DNA of 64,000 nucleotides. Origin: Octopus sinensis (Eukaryota). The notes beneath the pieces are model-generated. The model saw only the letters and a list, made by a program, of their open reading frames with translations, made no database searches and was not told the DNA's origin. The position numbers were made by a program, and so were the translations under genes. The stretch is taken from the NCBI RefSeq assembly GCF_006345805.1, contig NC_043000.1:156550001-156614000 (forward strand), in the 5' to 3' direction. This document shows positions 23,156 to 36,270 of this stretch, in pieces; the stretch's first letter is position 1; the number at the start of each line of letters is the position of its first letter.

Positions 23156-23555
23156 ACTCTTTTACTTGTTTCAGTGATTTGACTGCGGCCATGCTGGAGC
23201 ACCGCCTTTAGACGAGCAAATCGACCCCGGGACTTATTCTTTGTAAGCCCAGTACTAATTCTATCGGTCTCTTTTTGCCGAACCGCTAAGTGACGGTGAC
23301 ATAAACACACCAGCATCGGTTGTCAAGCAATGCTAGGGCCACAAACACAGGCACACAAACACACACACATACATATATATATACATATATACGACGGGCT
23401 TCTTTCAGTTTCCGTCTACCAAATCCACTCACAAGGCATTGGTCGGCCCGAGACTATAGCAGAAGACACTTGCCCAAGGTGCCACGCAGTGAAACTGAAC
23501 CCGGAACCATGTGGTTGGTTAGCAAGCTACTTACCACATCACCACTCCTGCGCCT
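23156..23555 (-). mobile_element. SINE family A, full length
   Basis: Intact head and tail. Confidence 0.9.
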
Positions 23556-24536
23556 ATGGCTAAATCTAAACACATTCGTCATCATCTTTATTAAAGTTTA
23601 TGGTCCTTGCGGTATAGGTGTCACCACAGGTACTCCCTTGTTTGTGCCTTTGTGCCACAGTCACATATAGCAATGTTTATAGTTGTAGTTGTATTTGTTT
23701 TAGTATCACTTTCGATCTATCAGCTCCTATTCTCGGCCAATTAATTTCTATTTTACTCTGAATGAATACAAGCAAGGGGATAGTTGTTCACTTAACACCA
23801 TTTCTATTTCTATTTCATAGTGGAAGGCTTGTGTTTCATTCCACAAGATTGTTATCATCTCATTTATTATGATGTCATCCTCAAGGGGTTAACTCATATC
23901 TAATGGAGATTTATTTTCATTTCAGGTGACTCTGAACTATTATTTGGTTGAAAACAGAATGCATTCATCAATTTACTGGCGTTGAGGCTAATCGGCGACG
24001 GCTGTTGATCTACAATACCAACCAAAAATAAAGAGACTATCTGATACAGGTTGTGAGTACGTCGACAGGATGGATATAGCTTCTCGGCTTGGATAGTTAT
24101 TTCCCACACTTGGCTCGCGTTGCAGCTGTAGAGCAGGAGAAAACTTATAAAAGTTAAACGTAGAGTCTGAGGACTTTTTCCCTCTTCAGGGAAATGTGTG
24201 ATACAACACGGTGTTGTTACATGCAAGAGCTTTCACCAATGTCTTCTGGATATATATCAAGTTAACTCAGTGAGTATCTCCACTGTTTTAGATTTGTTCC
24301 CGATCAAGTTATCTGACATTCGATATTGGTGTTTTGTCTTACGGTTTATAACAGATCCGTGGCCAAGGACTGAAACCCAAGTTTTCATGCTCGTTTCATT
24401 TGCTCTCTAAAATTGTGCATTTAATAAGTTTATTTAACTTCTCAGAAATTTGCCATCATTTTAGGTAAAACTGATGTGAACGTAAATAAATCTAATTCAC
24501 CTCCAATTGCAATGATCTAATTCAGCGTCGACCAAG

Positions 24537-24606
<70 letters not shown>

Positions 24607-24682
24607 TATATATAACTATATATATATATATATATTATATATATATACATATATATATATATATGGCATCTATCTATATCTG

Positions 24683-24738
<56 letters not shown>

Positions 24739-24924
24739 CTATCTATCTATAATATATATATTATATATATTATGAAAGAAAATTCTGCCTACTTGTCTGT
24801 CTCACAAAGTGAAACTAAGACCAGACACCATCTCTCTATGATTTTCTTTCTTCTGTATCTGTCTAGTTTCCCTCTCTATCTTTCTCTCTCTTTCGTTCTC
24901 TCTCTCTCTCTTCTTTTCTCCCTT

Positions 24925-24967
<43 letters not shown>

Positions 24968-25288
24968 ATTACACATGGAGTAATAATAAATGGAACGGAC
25001 GCAAAATAGTTACAAAGGTTCAAGGTCATTCTGGTATGAAATTTGGATCAACAATTGATCAACAATTGGTAGATTATATACTGTACATCCTAACCAAAAT
25101 GATTGCTTTCATCTCAGAATGCTTCTTCATGTAAATTCGTGTAAAAAGAGGACCAACTTCATGGGAAAGTTTGAAACACGTTGATGGTGAGATTTGCAGA
25201 ACATATCGAGAAGCGTGTTTCAAGTTTGCTCGCAAATGATCAGCAATGGGAAGCTACATAAAAATAAACTTCAATATAAATAACATCT

Positions 25289-25515
25289 AAGCGGTGAGCT
25301 GGCAGAAACGTAAGCCCGCCGGGCGAAATACGTAGCCGTATTTCGTCTTCCGTTACGTTCTGAGTTCAAATTCCGCCGAGGTCGACTTTACCTTTCATCC
25401 TTTCGGAGTCAATAAATTAAGTGCCAGTTACGCACTGGGATTGATGTAATCGACTTAATCCGTTTGTCTGTTCTTGTTTGTCCCCTCTATGTTTAGCCCC
25501 TTGTGGGTAGTGAAA
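25289..25515 (+). mobile_element. SINE family B inserted in Helitron
   Basis: Family B consensus match. Confidence 0.9.
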
Positions 25516-26269
25516 AAAAAATATAAATAACACCTAAGAATTTTAGATGTCCTTTTGATATTATTCTCAAAAATTGTGAAGTAAATAATCCTGTTTAAGT
25601 GTGGAATATGTTCAGAAATGATCTTGTTGAAGATTTCAAGCACCAACTGCAGTTCAATAATCTTGAGCAAGTTATCGGTTTCATTAATGCTATATACAAT
25701 GCGGCTTTAATTAAAATAGAAGATCAAATTATTTCCATGGGAGGTGAACCTGTACAAAATTTAAGTCTTCCACTAACTAATAGAGGGAATCATAACACTC
25801 TGTCCACTGAAATAATGAGAGAAATTTCCTTTGATAAGGACGAACATAAATGATAATCTTCCCAAGCTTCTACCTGATCTACGATGTGTGTATTCCACTG
25901 TCATAGAAAGTATTAACAATAACAGAAGAGGACTTTATTTCGTAGATGCTCCAGGAGGTACTGGGAAAATATTTGTAATTAAACTCCCCCTGGCTAAAGT
26001 TCGTCAAGAAAATAAAATAAGCTTTAGCTTCTGCTACTTCTGGGATTGCAGCAACGTTACTACCCGGAGGTCGGACTACCCATTAAACATTCAAGTTACC
26101 TTTACATTTAAGCTCCATTTAGCAAGTTCTAGATGTAGGTTCACACGCTTCACATACACATATGTACTTGCACACACACACACACACACACACACAAGCG
26201 ACACAATGTGAATATACACAAATACATATTATATACAAACACCCAAGCGTACAAACATAATAACCGCCA

Positions 26270-26440
26270 CTCTGTCTGCTACGACGCAAGAGTTCTAGTT
26301 GATCCAATCAACGGAATAGCCTGCTCGTGAAATTATCATGCAAGTGGCTGAGTACTTCGTAACGCGTGTACACTTAACGTAGTTCTCGGGGAGATTCAGC
26401 GTGACACAGAGTGTGACAAGGCTAGTTTTCGAAATACATT
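26270..26440 (+). mobile_element. SINE 3' fragment (family C-related) inserted in Helitron
   Basis: GCCTGCTCGTGAAATT..GTGGCTGAG..GAGATTCAGCGTGACACAGAGTGTGACAAGGCT; its reverse complement is related to the 3' part of 35372-35590. Confidence 0.65.
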
Positions 26441-27327
26441 TATCTAACCAACCAGATCCAGTTTGTAATATATTTAAAAATTCAGCAATGCGTGAACCGA
26501 TACAAAAATATCACTTAATTGTCTGGGACGAATGTACCACGGCTCACAAAAACATTAGAAATTGCAATTCCATGATGGGAAATTCTCAGGAAACTTCCGA
26601 GAAACACTACCAATTGTTCCAAGAGGAACAAAAGTGGATGAGGAAGAAGGAGGGGAGGAGGAGAAGGAGGAGGGGAAGAAGAAGAAGAAAAAGAAGAAAA
26701 AGAAGAAGAAGAAGAGGATTTTTACAAAGGCATAAAGTCACAATTTTGGGAGCTTTGGCCAAGAACTTACGCAATCTGAGAATGAAACACACAAAACTAC
26801 ATACTCCGAGTCATTCGCTGCTCAACCTATTTGAACCCTTTATATGCGATCAGGTCATATTGCCAACGTAACCTTAGAAGGTTATATTTTTCCACTTGTA
26901 TTATAAAATTAGAGTAAGGTTTAAGGTTTAGTTTGTATTACTAAAACACCGGAAGATAAAAAGAGATAACAATGCATTTGTTATCTGTGCTATTTTGGGC
27001 TGATGCCTCAGCCACGTCTATTTTTAGAGTGACTGTCGGTTAAAGCTAACAAAAGATAGCAAACTTCATTACTATAACGGGAGATATTTTGTATGATATC
27101 ATCTAGGTCATCCAAATAAAAATTTATATTTAAACTGTCGATCGGTGTTGGGCAGACAACAAAAAAAAAGTCTTTGTATATGTAGGTTACATAACCAGGA
27201 TAGAATATATTGTAATCAGGCAAAAAGTGCTAGCTTCAAAGATTGTCCGTATGTGTCTGTGTTTGTCCCCCCCCCCCACTATCGCTTGAAAACCAATGTT
27301 GGTGTGTTTACGTCCCCGTATATATAT

Positions 27328-27366
27328 AGCCACCGTTGGAATAAAGACATTCACTTATTTAACAAC

Positions 27367-27398
<32 letters not shown>

Positions 27399-27427
27399 AT
27401 GTGTGTGTGTGTGTACGGTGTTGTTAA

Positions 27428-27499
<72 letters not shown>

Positions 27500-27540
27500 G
27501 TGTTGTTAAATAAGTGAATGTCTTTATTCCAACGGTGGCT
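27328..27540. repeat. Foldback with 40-bp perfect arms around (TA)/(TG) microsatellite
   Basis: 27328-27367 and 27501-27540. Confidence 0.9.
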
Positions 27541-28240
27541 GTTGAAATGAATACTCACTGTAATATCTATTGTGTCTCGAGAGAGAATTTTATAATGAAT
27601 ATACCATATTTTCTTTGACATATATTTGGGATCCAGTTTCTTCGTTTGATAAAATTACATAGACATAAAGTCGTAACACCGATTCGGTGATGAAACGTTG
27701 TGCACTCTCAGAGAACAAAAACTAACGGAACAAAAATTAATGGATGATATTTCAAGCTTTTGGTGGGTATCTTTCCTATGAAATTAAAACAAACACTCCA
27801 AGTCTGTAATGTAAATCACACGACATCATATAATAATACAGAATACTGTGGCCAGCTGAGCGGCGTTTAAATCTTTCAGCTGTTATCTATTAATATTTAC
27901 CAAGCAGATGACGAATGCAGTCAACCGTACCTGATGAGTTGTGCAAAACCATTACATGTAGATTAATCCCATTTTTGCTTTCGCAGGTATGCACACAATA
28001 TAGTCCATGCAATTAAAATGCAAGTCTGTTTTTAAACGACAAACATATCACATACACATAGGCATTCACTCGTCCGTGTGTGAGTGTATGTGTGGGTGTA
28101 TGCGTGTGTATGTGTGTAGGTATGTGTTCACTAAACAGTGTAAATAAGATGAATATAAATAAATTTAAATATTATAATGTTTCACTGTGGGTTCAATAGT
28201 TCAATAAGAATAAGACTGTAAAGCACATGTATTCTATACC

Positions 28241-28472
28241 TATTTCTTTATTGCCCACAAGGGGCTAAACACAGAAGGGACAAACAAGGACAGACAAAGG
28301 GGTTAAGTCGATTACATCGACCCCAGTGCGTAACTGGTTCTTCATTTATCGACCCCGAAAGGATGAAAGGCAAAGTCGACCTCGGTGGAATTTGAACTCA
28401 GAACGTAACGGCAGACGAAATACGGCTACGCATTTCGCCCGGCTTGCTAACGGTTCTGCCAGCTCGCCGCCT
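28241..28472 (-). mobile_element. SINE family B
   Basis: Family B consensus match. Confidence 0.9.
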
Positions 28473-28989
28473 TCTATACCATTGATAGGCAGAAATAAGA
28501 GACGGGGTGTCTACTAATAGATCCTTTCACGGTTTGTTGACTGCTCCTCAGAAGAGATGTACCTAGTTCGTTTTCCAATAAATAGCACAGATCATTTGCT
28601 TCTCAAGAAGTCATGAATTAGGCTAGCACCATAGTGGATAGCTTATTTCGCATACGGCTTTTGACGGCTTGTCATTAATTGACAGTTCTTAGGGAAGTCA
28701 GCCATACACTAATCTATAAAATTTATTGAGGACGGAAACTAGATACACACACACACAGACAGACACACACACACACACAGACAGACAGACACACATACAC
28801 ACGATTACATACACGTATATGTATATGTTTGTATGCGTATAAATATATGTGTGGATATGTGTGTATATGTGTGTATATGTGCTTGTATGTGTGTGTCTTT
28901 CACTATCTCCCTCTGTATATATATATATATATATGTATATAATATATGTATATATCTGTATGTATATATATGTATATATATATAGTATA

Positions 28990-29029
<40 letters not shown>

Positions 29030-29079
29030 ATATACATACATATATATATATAAATACATACATACACACACACTCTGTC

Positions 29080-29115
<36 letters not shown>

Positions 29116-29122
29116 ACACACC

Positions 29123-29157
<35 letters not shown>

Positions 29158-29637
29158 CTATACGTGTATGTGTATTTTTTTATGTATATACATCGGCGTG
29201 CGCGTGTTTGTGTTGTAAGATAAATTTAACGTATAAATTACTAAATCTATAAAGTTAAAATTTTCTAATTCATTATAAAAATTCTAATCTAATGCAAGGA
29301 ATTGGATGTATGATAGCTATTGTTTTGTTCTAGCTGTAAAGTACAAGCAAACAGACGAGCAATACTTCACTGCTAAAATACATTAAATATGACGAAAATA
29401 AAGACAAGCTTCATGCTATTTTCTCGTTCACTGTCATGACAGCGCGAGGGAGATATGTTTTACGGTGCGCATGTGTTTCGTTGTAAGTGTTTGTTTGCCT
29501 CTAACGATTTCACTAACATCTACTTCATGCGAGTGCGTTTAGTATATACTTTTGTATATACACAAGTACATATATATATACATCTATATATTAACACACA
29601 CACACACACACAACACACACACACACACACATATATA

Positions 29638-29675
<38 letters not shown>

Positions 29676-29707
29676 TGTATATATATACACGCACAAACAC
29701 ACCTACA

Positions 29708-29870
29708 TAGTTGAAATTTACAGAAAAACAAAAGACGAAGGCAGGTGTATTAGTTTGACGCTCGGGAAAGTGAGCAAGTCTTTTACGTTTCGAGCCTACG
29801 CTCTTCAACAGAAAGGAATAAGAGAAAATAAACAGAGAGAATATATAAAAAAGAACTTGTGGATTTAGAG
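29708..29870 (-). mobile_element. Short PLE-derived element with CUGUUGA hammerhead variant
   Basis: CUUU-CUGUUGA-A-GAGC GUAG GCUC-GAAA-CG-UA/AAAG at 29815-29780. Confidence 0.6.
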
Positions 29871-30931
29871 GTCATATATATGTTCGTGTATGTATATATC
29901 TTGATCATCACCTTTATCATCATCACACACACACACAGATTAATTATTTGTAGAATTCAATTGAATCGAGGTTTTTTAATAATAAGGGCACTAAGAAAGG
30001 GTCGAGAGTAGCATATCCGTCTATCAACAGTGTATATGCACACTCACGCCCATACTAATGCATATATAAGTTGTTCTACAACTTGCATACACATTCACAT
30101 GGGCAGATCAATATACTCATTGATATGAATATACATTTATATACTAAATAACATATAGACGTACTCCGATATGCAGTTTCACGGTTCACTTCATGTTCCA
30201 GTTCCAATGTAGGGAATGTTCCAGGTATGGTATAAAACAAGTAAAATAGGAACACAGATGGATTGAGGTTCACTCCAGCTGTTTCAGAACGTTTTTTATT
30301 GGTGAGTATATCATTTACAACATGAATAAAATAAACCAAAAACAAAACTGATCTATTCACGTGAATAAAAATTTAACTCAAAAGTTAAAATTTAAGATTT
30401 GACTCATAACCAATATAGTTTTTGACTCCTTCATCTCAATGACAATCAGAGAAGAAGACGATTTTTTTCATGATGTAATCCATTTGTTCATCAATAAAAA
30501 ACGCGTCTAAAACAGGTGTTGCGAACCTCAACCAATTTTTGTTCTTACTCTCCCTGATAATAAACTACAGATTTTTTCTGTAGTATTTTACTTGACGACA
30601 CACGTGGATGGGCAGGGGAAGATGATGAACCTCATTCGTATATTTTAAATTCGGCGGTACTGACGTTGAATATGATCTGTCTGACACTGTTAGTTGGGGA
30701 GATATGTTCAATTCTTCCAGTGCCTTCGAATTTAATATTTTTAATATTTAATATTGTAAAATCCCAAGCTGATGAAGAAAATGCTCGGGTAAAGTATAAA
30801 TTACACATTTTTTATACCGATCTAATTCCGAAACGCGTACATGGGTAATCAAATATCGATTGATTTTTCGTTATTTTTCCTCTCTGCCTTCGTGGATTGA
30901 TTTCGAATAATTTATTTTTTCCGGGAGTCTC

Positions 30932-31027
30932 TTTTTAAAGTAGAGGAAATAGCTAAGGTTCTTTGGCTGCTATTTCTAAACTTCGGTATGTGGTACAGCA
31001 AATCTTTGCTGAACACCTATTATAAAC
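30932..31027. repeat. Half copy of the 50629-50790 MITE
   Basis: Near-identical to 50694-50790. Confidence 0.8.
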
Positions 31028-31624
31028 TATATGTATGAAGGTGTAGATATTACATTAAATATCTATTAAGATTGCTCTACTTGAGGTTTCTGAGATTCAT
31101 CTTCCTACTACGATCTTCAGGAGAGAACAAGGAATTTATAAGCACACAGTTACTGCATGAAGCTGTTGGATGATCCGTCGCTCACGTTATATAAACTTAT
31201 TCAGTTTAGTTAGTGTTTGTTATTTGCTTGCTGATCGGTAGTAACTAGGTTGCACCACCGAATGTCAATGCAGGCCCAGAAAATAACATTAACTGATAAT
31301 CTAATTATAAGGAGGGCTGACCATACATTTAAGTAAGAAAATAGCGGGTTTGATGATTTCTTATGATGATTTCTTATCATCAATAACCAAAGTCGGGTCA
31401 ATGCGGTATTTAAGAAAAATATTAGATATTATCTGACATTATTCTTTGACCAAGCAAACAAGGGAGATAATTCTAATCGTTTCAGGCTAACTGCACGTCA
31501 TGAGCAGCCGTAAAAACTCCACCATTGCTTGCTGTGTACATTTTGTTACTGGCTTCCGCTATTGAACGGTAGCTGCGCAGTGGTACCCACTTCAACAGTT
31601 TAGTAATATCAACATTGATCCCTA

Positions 31625-31848
31625 AAGGCGGCGAGCTGGCAGAGTCGTTAGCACGCTGAAAAAAATGCTTAGCGGCATTTCGTCTATTCTTTACGTTCTG
31701 ATTTCAAATTCCGCTGAGGTCGACTGGCTTTTCATTCTTTTACTGTCGATAAAATAAGTACCAGTTAAATACTGGAGTCGATGTAATCGACTTACCTCCA
31801 ACTAACTCTCACGAACTTACTGGCCTTGTGCCAAAATTTGAAACCAAT
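31625..31848 (+). mobile_element. SINE family B variant
   Basis: Head and central domain match; different 3' end (GGCCTTGTGCCAAAATTTGAAACC). Confidence 0.8.
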
Positions 31849-31935
31849 ATCTACATCAATCTCAGTATTTATATTATTGTTCACATAATGATGAACGTTA
31901 GAGCGAAGTGGGTGAAATTTAAATTCAGAATATAT

Positions 31936-32432
31936 TTCTTTTACTTGTTTCAGTTATTTGACTGCGGCCATGCTGGGGCACCGGCTTAACTGGTTTTTAG
32001 TAACAGAAATCGACACTCGAGACTTATTCTTTGTAAGCTTAGTACTTATTCTATCGGTCTTTTTTTGCCGAACTACTATGTTACGGTGACTATGTTTTGC
32101 CGAACCATTATGTTAGGGTGACGTAAGCACACTAACATCGGTTGTCAAGACAAACACACACGCACACACACATATAAATTAGAGAAAAAACACTATTATG
32201 TAATTCAAACAATGATAGACGTAAATCATACCATATAGAAAAAATAAAATATAAGATTAAACATTTACCTATATCACTATAAAGCACATAATATTAAACA
32301 GTATGACGCGCTTCCTTCAGTTTCCGTCTACCACATCCACTCACTAGAAGACACTTCCCCAAGGTGTCACGCAGAGGGACTGAACCCGGGACCGCGTAGT
32401 TAGGAAACAAGCGTCTTACCACATAGCCACGT
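31936..32432 (-). mobile_element. SINE family A with internal insertion and small duplication
   Basis: Both halves present; AT-rich insert at about 32175-32300. Confidence 0.8.
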
Positions 32433-32682
32433 CTGAATAACCGTACAGAAATAATCAAATGCTGTAATGTGTATGGAACGACATTATCACTGACGTTAGT
32501 AATTTTCTACCACTAAGAGCTATTCATTTCCTTTTCTTTAATGCGCTTCCTTCATACCATCTTCTTACCACCTTGCATTCCCTTCTCTTTAGCTCTCTCT
32601 CCCTCTCTTTTTCTGTATGCATATATATATATATATTATATATATATATAATATATATATATATATGTGTAATGTATATATA

Positions 32683-32732
<50 letters not shown>

Positions 32733-32754
32733 ATATATATATATATATATATTA

Positions 32755-32786
<32 letters not shown>

Positions 32787-32971
32787 TATATAATGAGCTA
32801 TATACATATAAATATATATAATCATGTATGTATGTATGTATGTATGGCGACCTCTCTATCTTCATATATTACACACATATACAGGTAAATTATCTCCTGT
32901 TGCTACGAAACTTGTACGTTTCTTTGTAACCATGGAGACTAGCAGTTTCCGATGTTTACTTGTAAACTGTT

Positions 32972-33059
32972 AGAGATATAGCTATCAATAGCCTGAAGGG
33001 ATCCACAATCACCAACTCATACAACAACTGCAATATCTATCTATCTGTCAGTCTGTCTG

Positions 33060-33134
<75 letters not shown>

Positions 33135-33275
33135 CTATATATATATATATATATGTATGTATGCTTATATGTAAGTGTGTATAACGTATAGATAGATAGA
33201 TAGATAGCTGTTGCCGTTATTGTTGTATGAGTAGGTGATTGTGGAACCCTTCCGGCTCTTGATAGCTATATCTCT
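32972..33275. repeat. Foldback with 56-bp arms around (TATC)/(GATA)
   Basis: 32972-33027 and 33220-33275, about 90% complementary. Confidence 0.85.
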
Positions 33276-33286
33276 ATCTATCAATA

Positions 33287-33322
<36 letters not shown>

Positions 33323-33575
33323 ATCTATCTATCTATCTATCTATCTTCTATCTATCTATCTATCTGCCTGTCTATATGTCTGTGTGTCTGTCTGTCTGTC
33401 TCTCTTTCTATCTCTACCTACCTACCTATCTACCTACATACATACCTAGCTGCCTGCCTACCTACCTACCTACATACCTACCTACCTACCTACCTACCTA
33501 CCAACTTACCTACATACCTACTTATCTATCTATCTACCTATCTATTTATCTATCTATCTTTGTTTTTTTCATCCC

Positions 33576-33643
33576 CCAAAAGAAAAGCTCTACCTTGTAA
33601 CTTGTCCCATCTGTGTGCAGCCCTGTGTGGCCAATAAAGAAAC
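33576..33643 (+). mobile_element. Highly truncated L1/Tx1 3' end
   Basis: AAAAGAAAAGCTCTACCTTGTAA..GTGCAGCCCTGTGTGGCCAATAAAGAAAC matches the reverse complement of 49288-49355. Confidence 0.75.
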
Positions 33644-33693
33644 TTATCTATTCATCTATCTAGCTATCTATAAATACATTATATATACGTACG

Positions 33694-33731
<38 letters not shown>

Positions 33732-33770
33732 CGTATGTATGTTTATATATATAATATATATATATATATA

Positions 33771-34186
33771 TGTATACGTAATATATACGCATTTAGATAG
33801 ATCGATCGATAGATAGATAGATAGTAGACAGACAAATAGATAAATATCTAGCAATATATACACCTACATATAAATATATATACATGTAAATGTATGTGTA
33901 TGTGTATATATGTATATGTTTGTGTATGTGTATATATATACGTCCTGTGTGTCTGTCTTCTTAAACAAATGCGTATATATCATCCACCTGTGTGTACATA
34001 CATACATACACACGCACTCACACACAGTCACATCCACACAGTCACATCCACATATGCATGAATATATATGTGTGTATATGTGTGCACGTGCATGTGTTCG
34101 TGTATAGTATGTATGCATGTATGCTTATATGTAAGTGTGTATAACGTATGCATCCATGTATGTATGTATGTATGTATGTGTGCATG

Positions 34187-34235
<49 letters not shown>

Positions 34236-34236
34236 T

Positions 34237-34325
<89 letters not shown>

Positions 34326-34998
34326 TATTATATATATATTATATATATATATATACTTTATTTAAAGCAGCAGAAAATTCAACAAAACCTGTTACTCTGA
34401 GTTTCACGTTGAATTTTCTGCTGCTTTAAATAAAGCATATTACTCTACCACTGGTATTTGAGTACTCTTTTTGCCACCTTGTTTCACATTTATGTGTTTA
34501 CTCCGGTATATATATATATATAATATATATATATCTATATATATATATATATATGTATACGTAATATATACGCATTTAGATAGATCGATCGATCGATAGA
34601 TAGATAGATAGATAGATAGACAGACAAATAGATAAATATCTAGCAATATATACACCTACATATAAATATATATACATGTAAATGTATGTGTATGTGTATA
34701 TATGTATATGTTTGTGTATGTGTATATATATACGTCTGTGTGTCTGTCTTCTTAAACAAATGCGTATATATCATCCACCTGTGTGTACATACATACATAC
34801 ACACGCACTCACACACAGTCACATCCACACAGTCACATCCACATATGCATGAATATATATGTGTGTATATGTGTGCACGTGCATGTGTTCGTGTATATGT
34901 ATGTATGCATGTATGTATGTATATATGCATGTATGCTTATATGTAAGTGTGTATAACGTATGCATCCATGTATGTATGTATGTATGTATGTGTGCATG

Positions 34999-35057
<59 letters not shown>

Positions 35058-35262
35058 TTTATTTAAAGCAGCAGAAAATTCAACAAAACCTGTTACTCTG
35101 AGTTTCACGTTGAATTTTCTGCTGCTTTAAATAAAGCATATTACTCTACCACTGGTATTTGAGTACTCTTTTTGCCACCTTGTTTCACATTTATGTGTTT
35201 ACTCCGGTATATATATATATATATATAATTATATATATATATATATATATAATATATATATA

Positions 35263-35290
<28 letters not shown>
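33771..35290. repeat. Tandem duplication of about 780 bp
   Basis: 33771-34553 repeated from 34554; each unit holds a hairpin with 28-bp perfect arms. Confidence 0.9.
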
Positions 35291-35293
<3 letters not shown>

Positions 35294-35371
35294 AGCAGAT
35301 ACTATCTCACGCGTCGTTCACTATATCCGTGCTAGACCACTTCTATTTAGGCTTTTATAGACGACTTGACT

Positions 35372-35590
35372 GTGAAGGCGCGCACGAATTATTGGTTAGG
35401 ATATCGGGCTTACCTTGAGTTCGATTCTCGGCGGCGCCTGGTGTCCTTCAGCAATACACTTTATAATATGCTGCTCCTGTTCACTCAGCTGGTAAAAATG
35501 AGCTGTACTTGTAATTCAAAAGGGCCAGCCTCGTCAGATTCCGTGCCACGCTCAATCTCCTGGAATGCTCAGCCATTTCTACGTTAATTT
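35372..35590 (+). mobile_element. SINE family C, diverged
   Basis: GAGTTCGATTCTC box B, GTGTCCTTCAGCAATACAC, CACTCAGCTGG. Confidence 0.7.
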
Positions 35591-35599
35591 CTCAAGCAG

Positions 35600-36270
35600 G
35601 CTGGAACATTCATCATCATAACCGACGGAGAGCCAGGTCAGATGACCAAACTGTAATAATACTATTGCTCACGTGCAGTGGAGAATCCTAAAGAACTTGA
35701 AGGAGAATTGCTGAGTAAAACTCATCAGAGTCAAGTCTGTATTTCTTGAAGGGCAGATCCAGTAGCAAGGTCAGCTTTGTAATTGTTTGTTCAGAGAAGT
35801 AAAAGAAAACATCCATCACCGAGTAAACTAGTGAATAGCTTCAGGAAGGTGTTTAATTGAAAGATACAGCGTGCGATTACCAATTGGAGGCCTGACTTTG
35901 TACCTGACATGTTTAAGGTCTGGAATTCGTTAGCTACTGAGATTCCAGTATCCGCAGTGGATTGCTTTGAGAAATGTGCAAGAGATTCTTATGGAGAAGT
36001 CTGTGATTTCCTCGGAGCCATCGCAGCATTGTCCTGTATGGTCAGAAAAAAAAAATAATAACAAGAAGAGCTTCATCAAGTTGAAGCTCTCCTTCAGCAG
36101 TTTGAAAACTCTGGTGACTTGTGCTGAGTGGGGGTGGAGGTCTTTTCGGTATGTATTGAAGTCAACGTAAGATATAAATGGAAAGCAAAGGAGGATTGAA
36201 GTAGCAGCGTCGCACCAATGTAAAGAGTGTTGACAGGTGTAGTATCTTCAGTGGAGGCTGGCCTGGATAA
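35600..36270 (+). mobile_element. Heavily decayed RLE-type LINE C-terminus (HERO-like)
   Basis: Frameshifted resemblance to GLL..L.FP..RPDIVLWS and LV.C..GW..IEV motifs. Confidence 0.4.

Larger units (their letters stand above)
24962..26640 (+). mobile_element. Autonomous Helitron remnant (RepHel, Pif1 helicase part)
   Basis: YTW..KW, HLRMLLHV..RGPTSWESLKHVDG..TYREAC, IYNAALIKIED, YFVDAPGGTGK (Walker A), LIVWDE (motif II), GNFRETLPIVPRGTK; frameshifted, with SINE insertions. Confidence 0.85.

Noticed and set aside
23900-24410. Possible decayed transposase (VDRMD; FHQCLLDIYQVNS, piggyBac- or Helitron-like)
   Set aside because: The motifs are short, in different frames, and fit either family equally weakly; needs tBLASTn/HMM.
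27960-27995. Polypyrimidine-CAG|GTATG as a recursive splice site (similar at 10150 and 22030)
   Set aside because: No host gene is established, and such motifs are expected by chance.
28515-28555. CUGAGGA..GAAA..CUA on the minus strand
   Set aside because: Stem I cannot form and stem II is mismatched; at most a relic.
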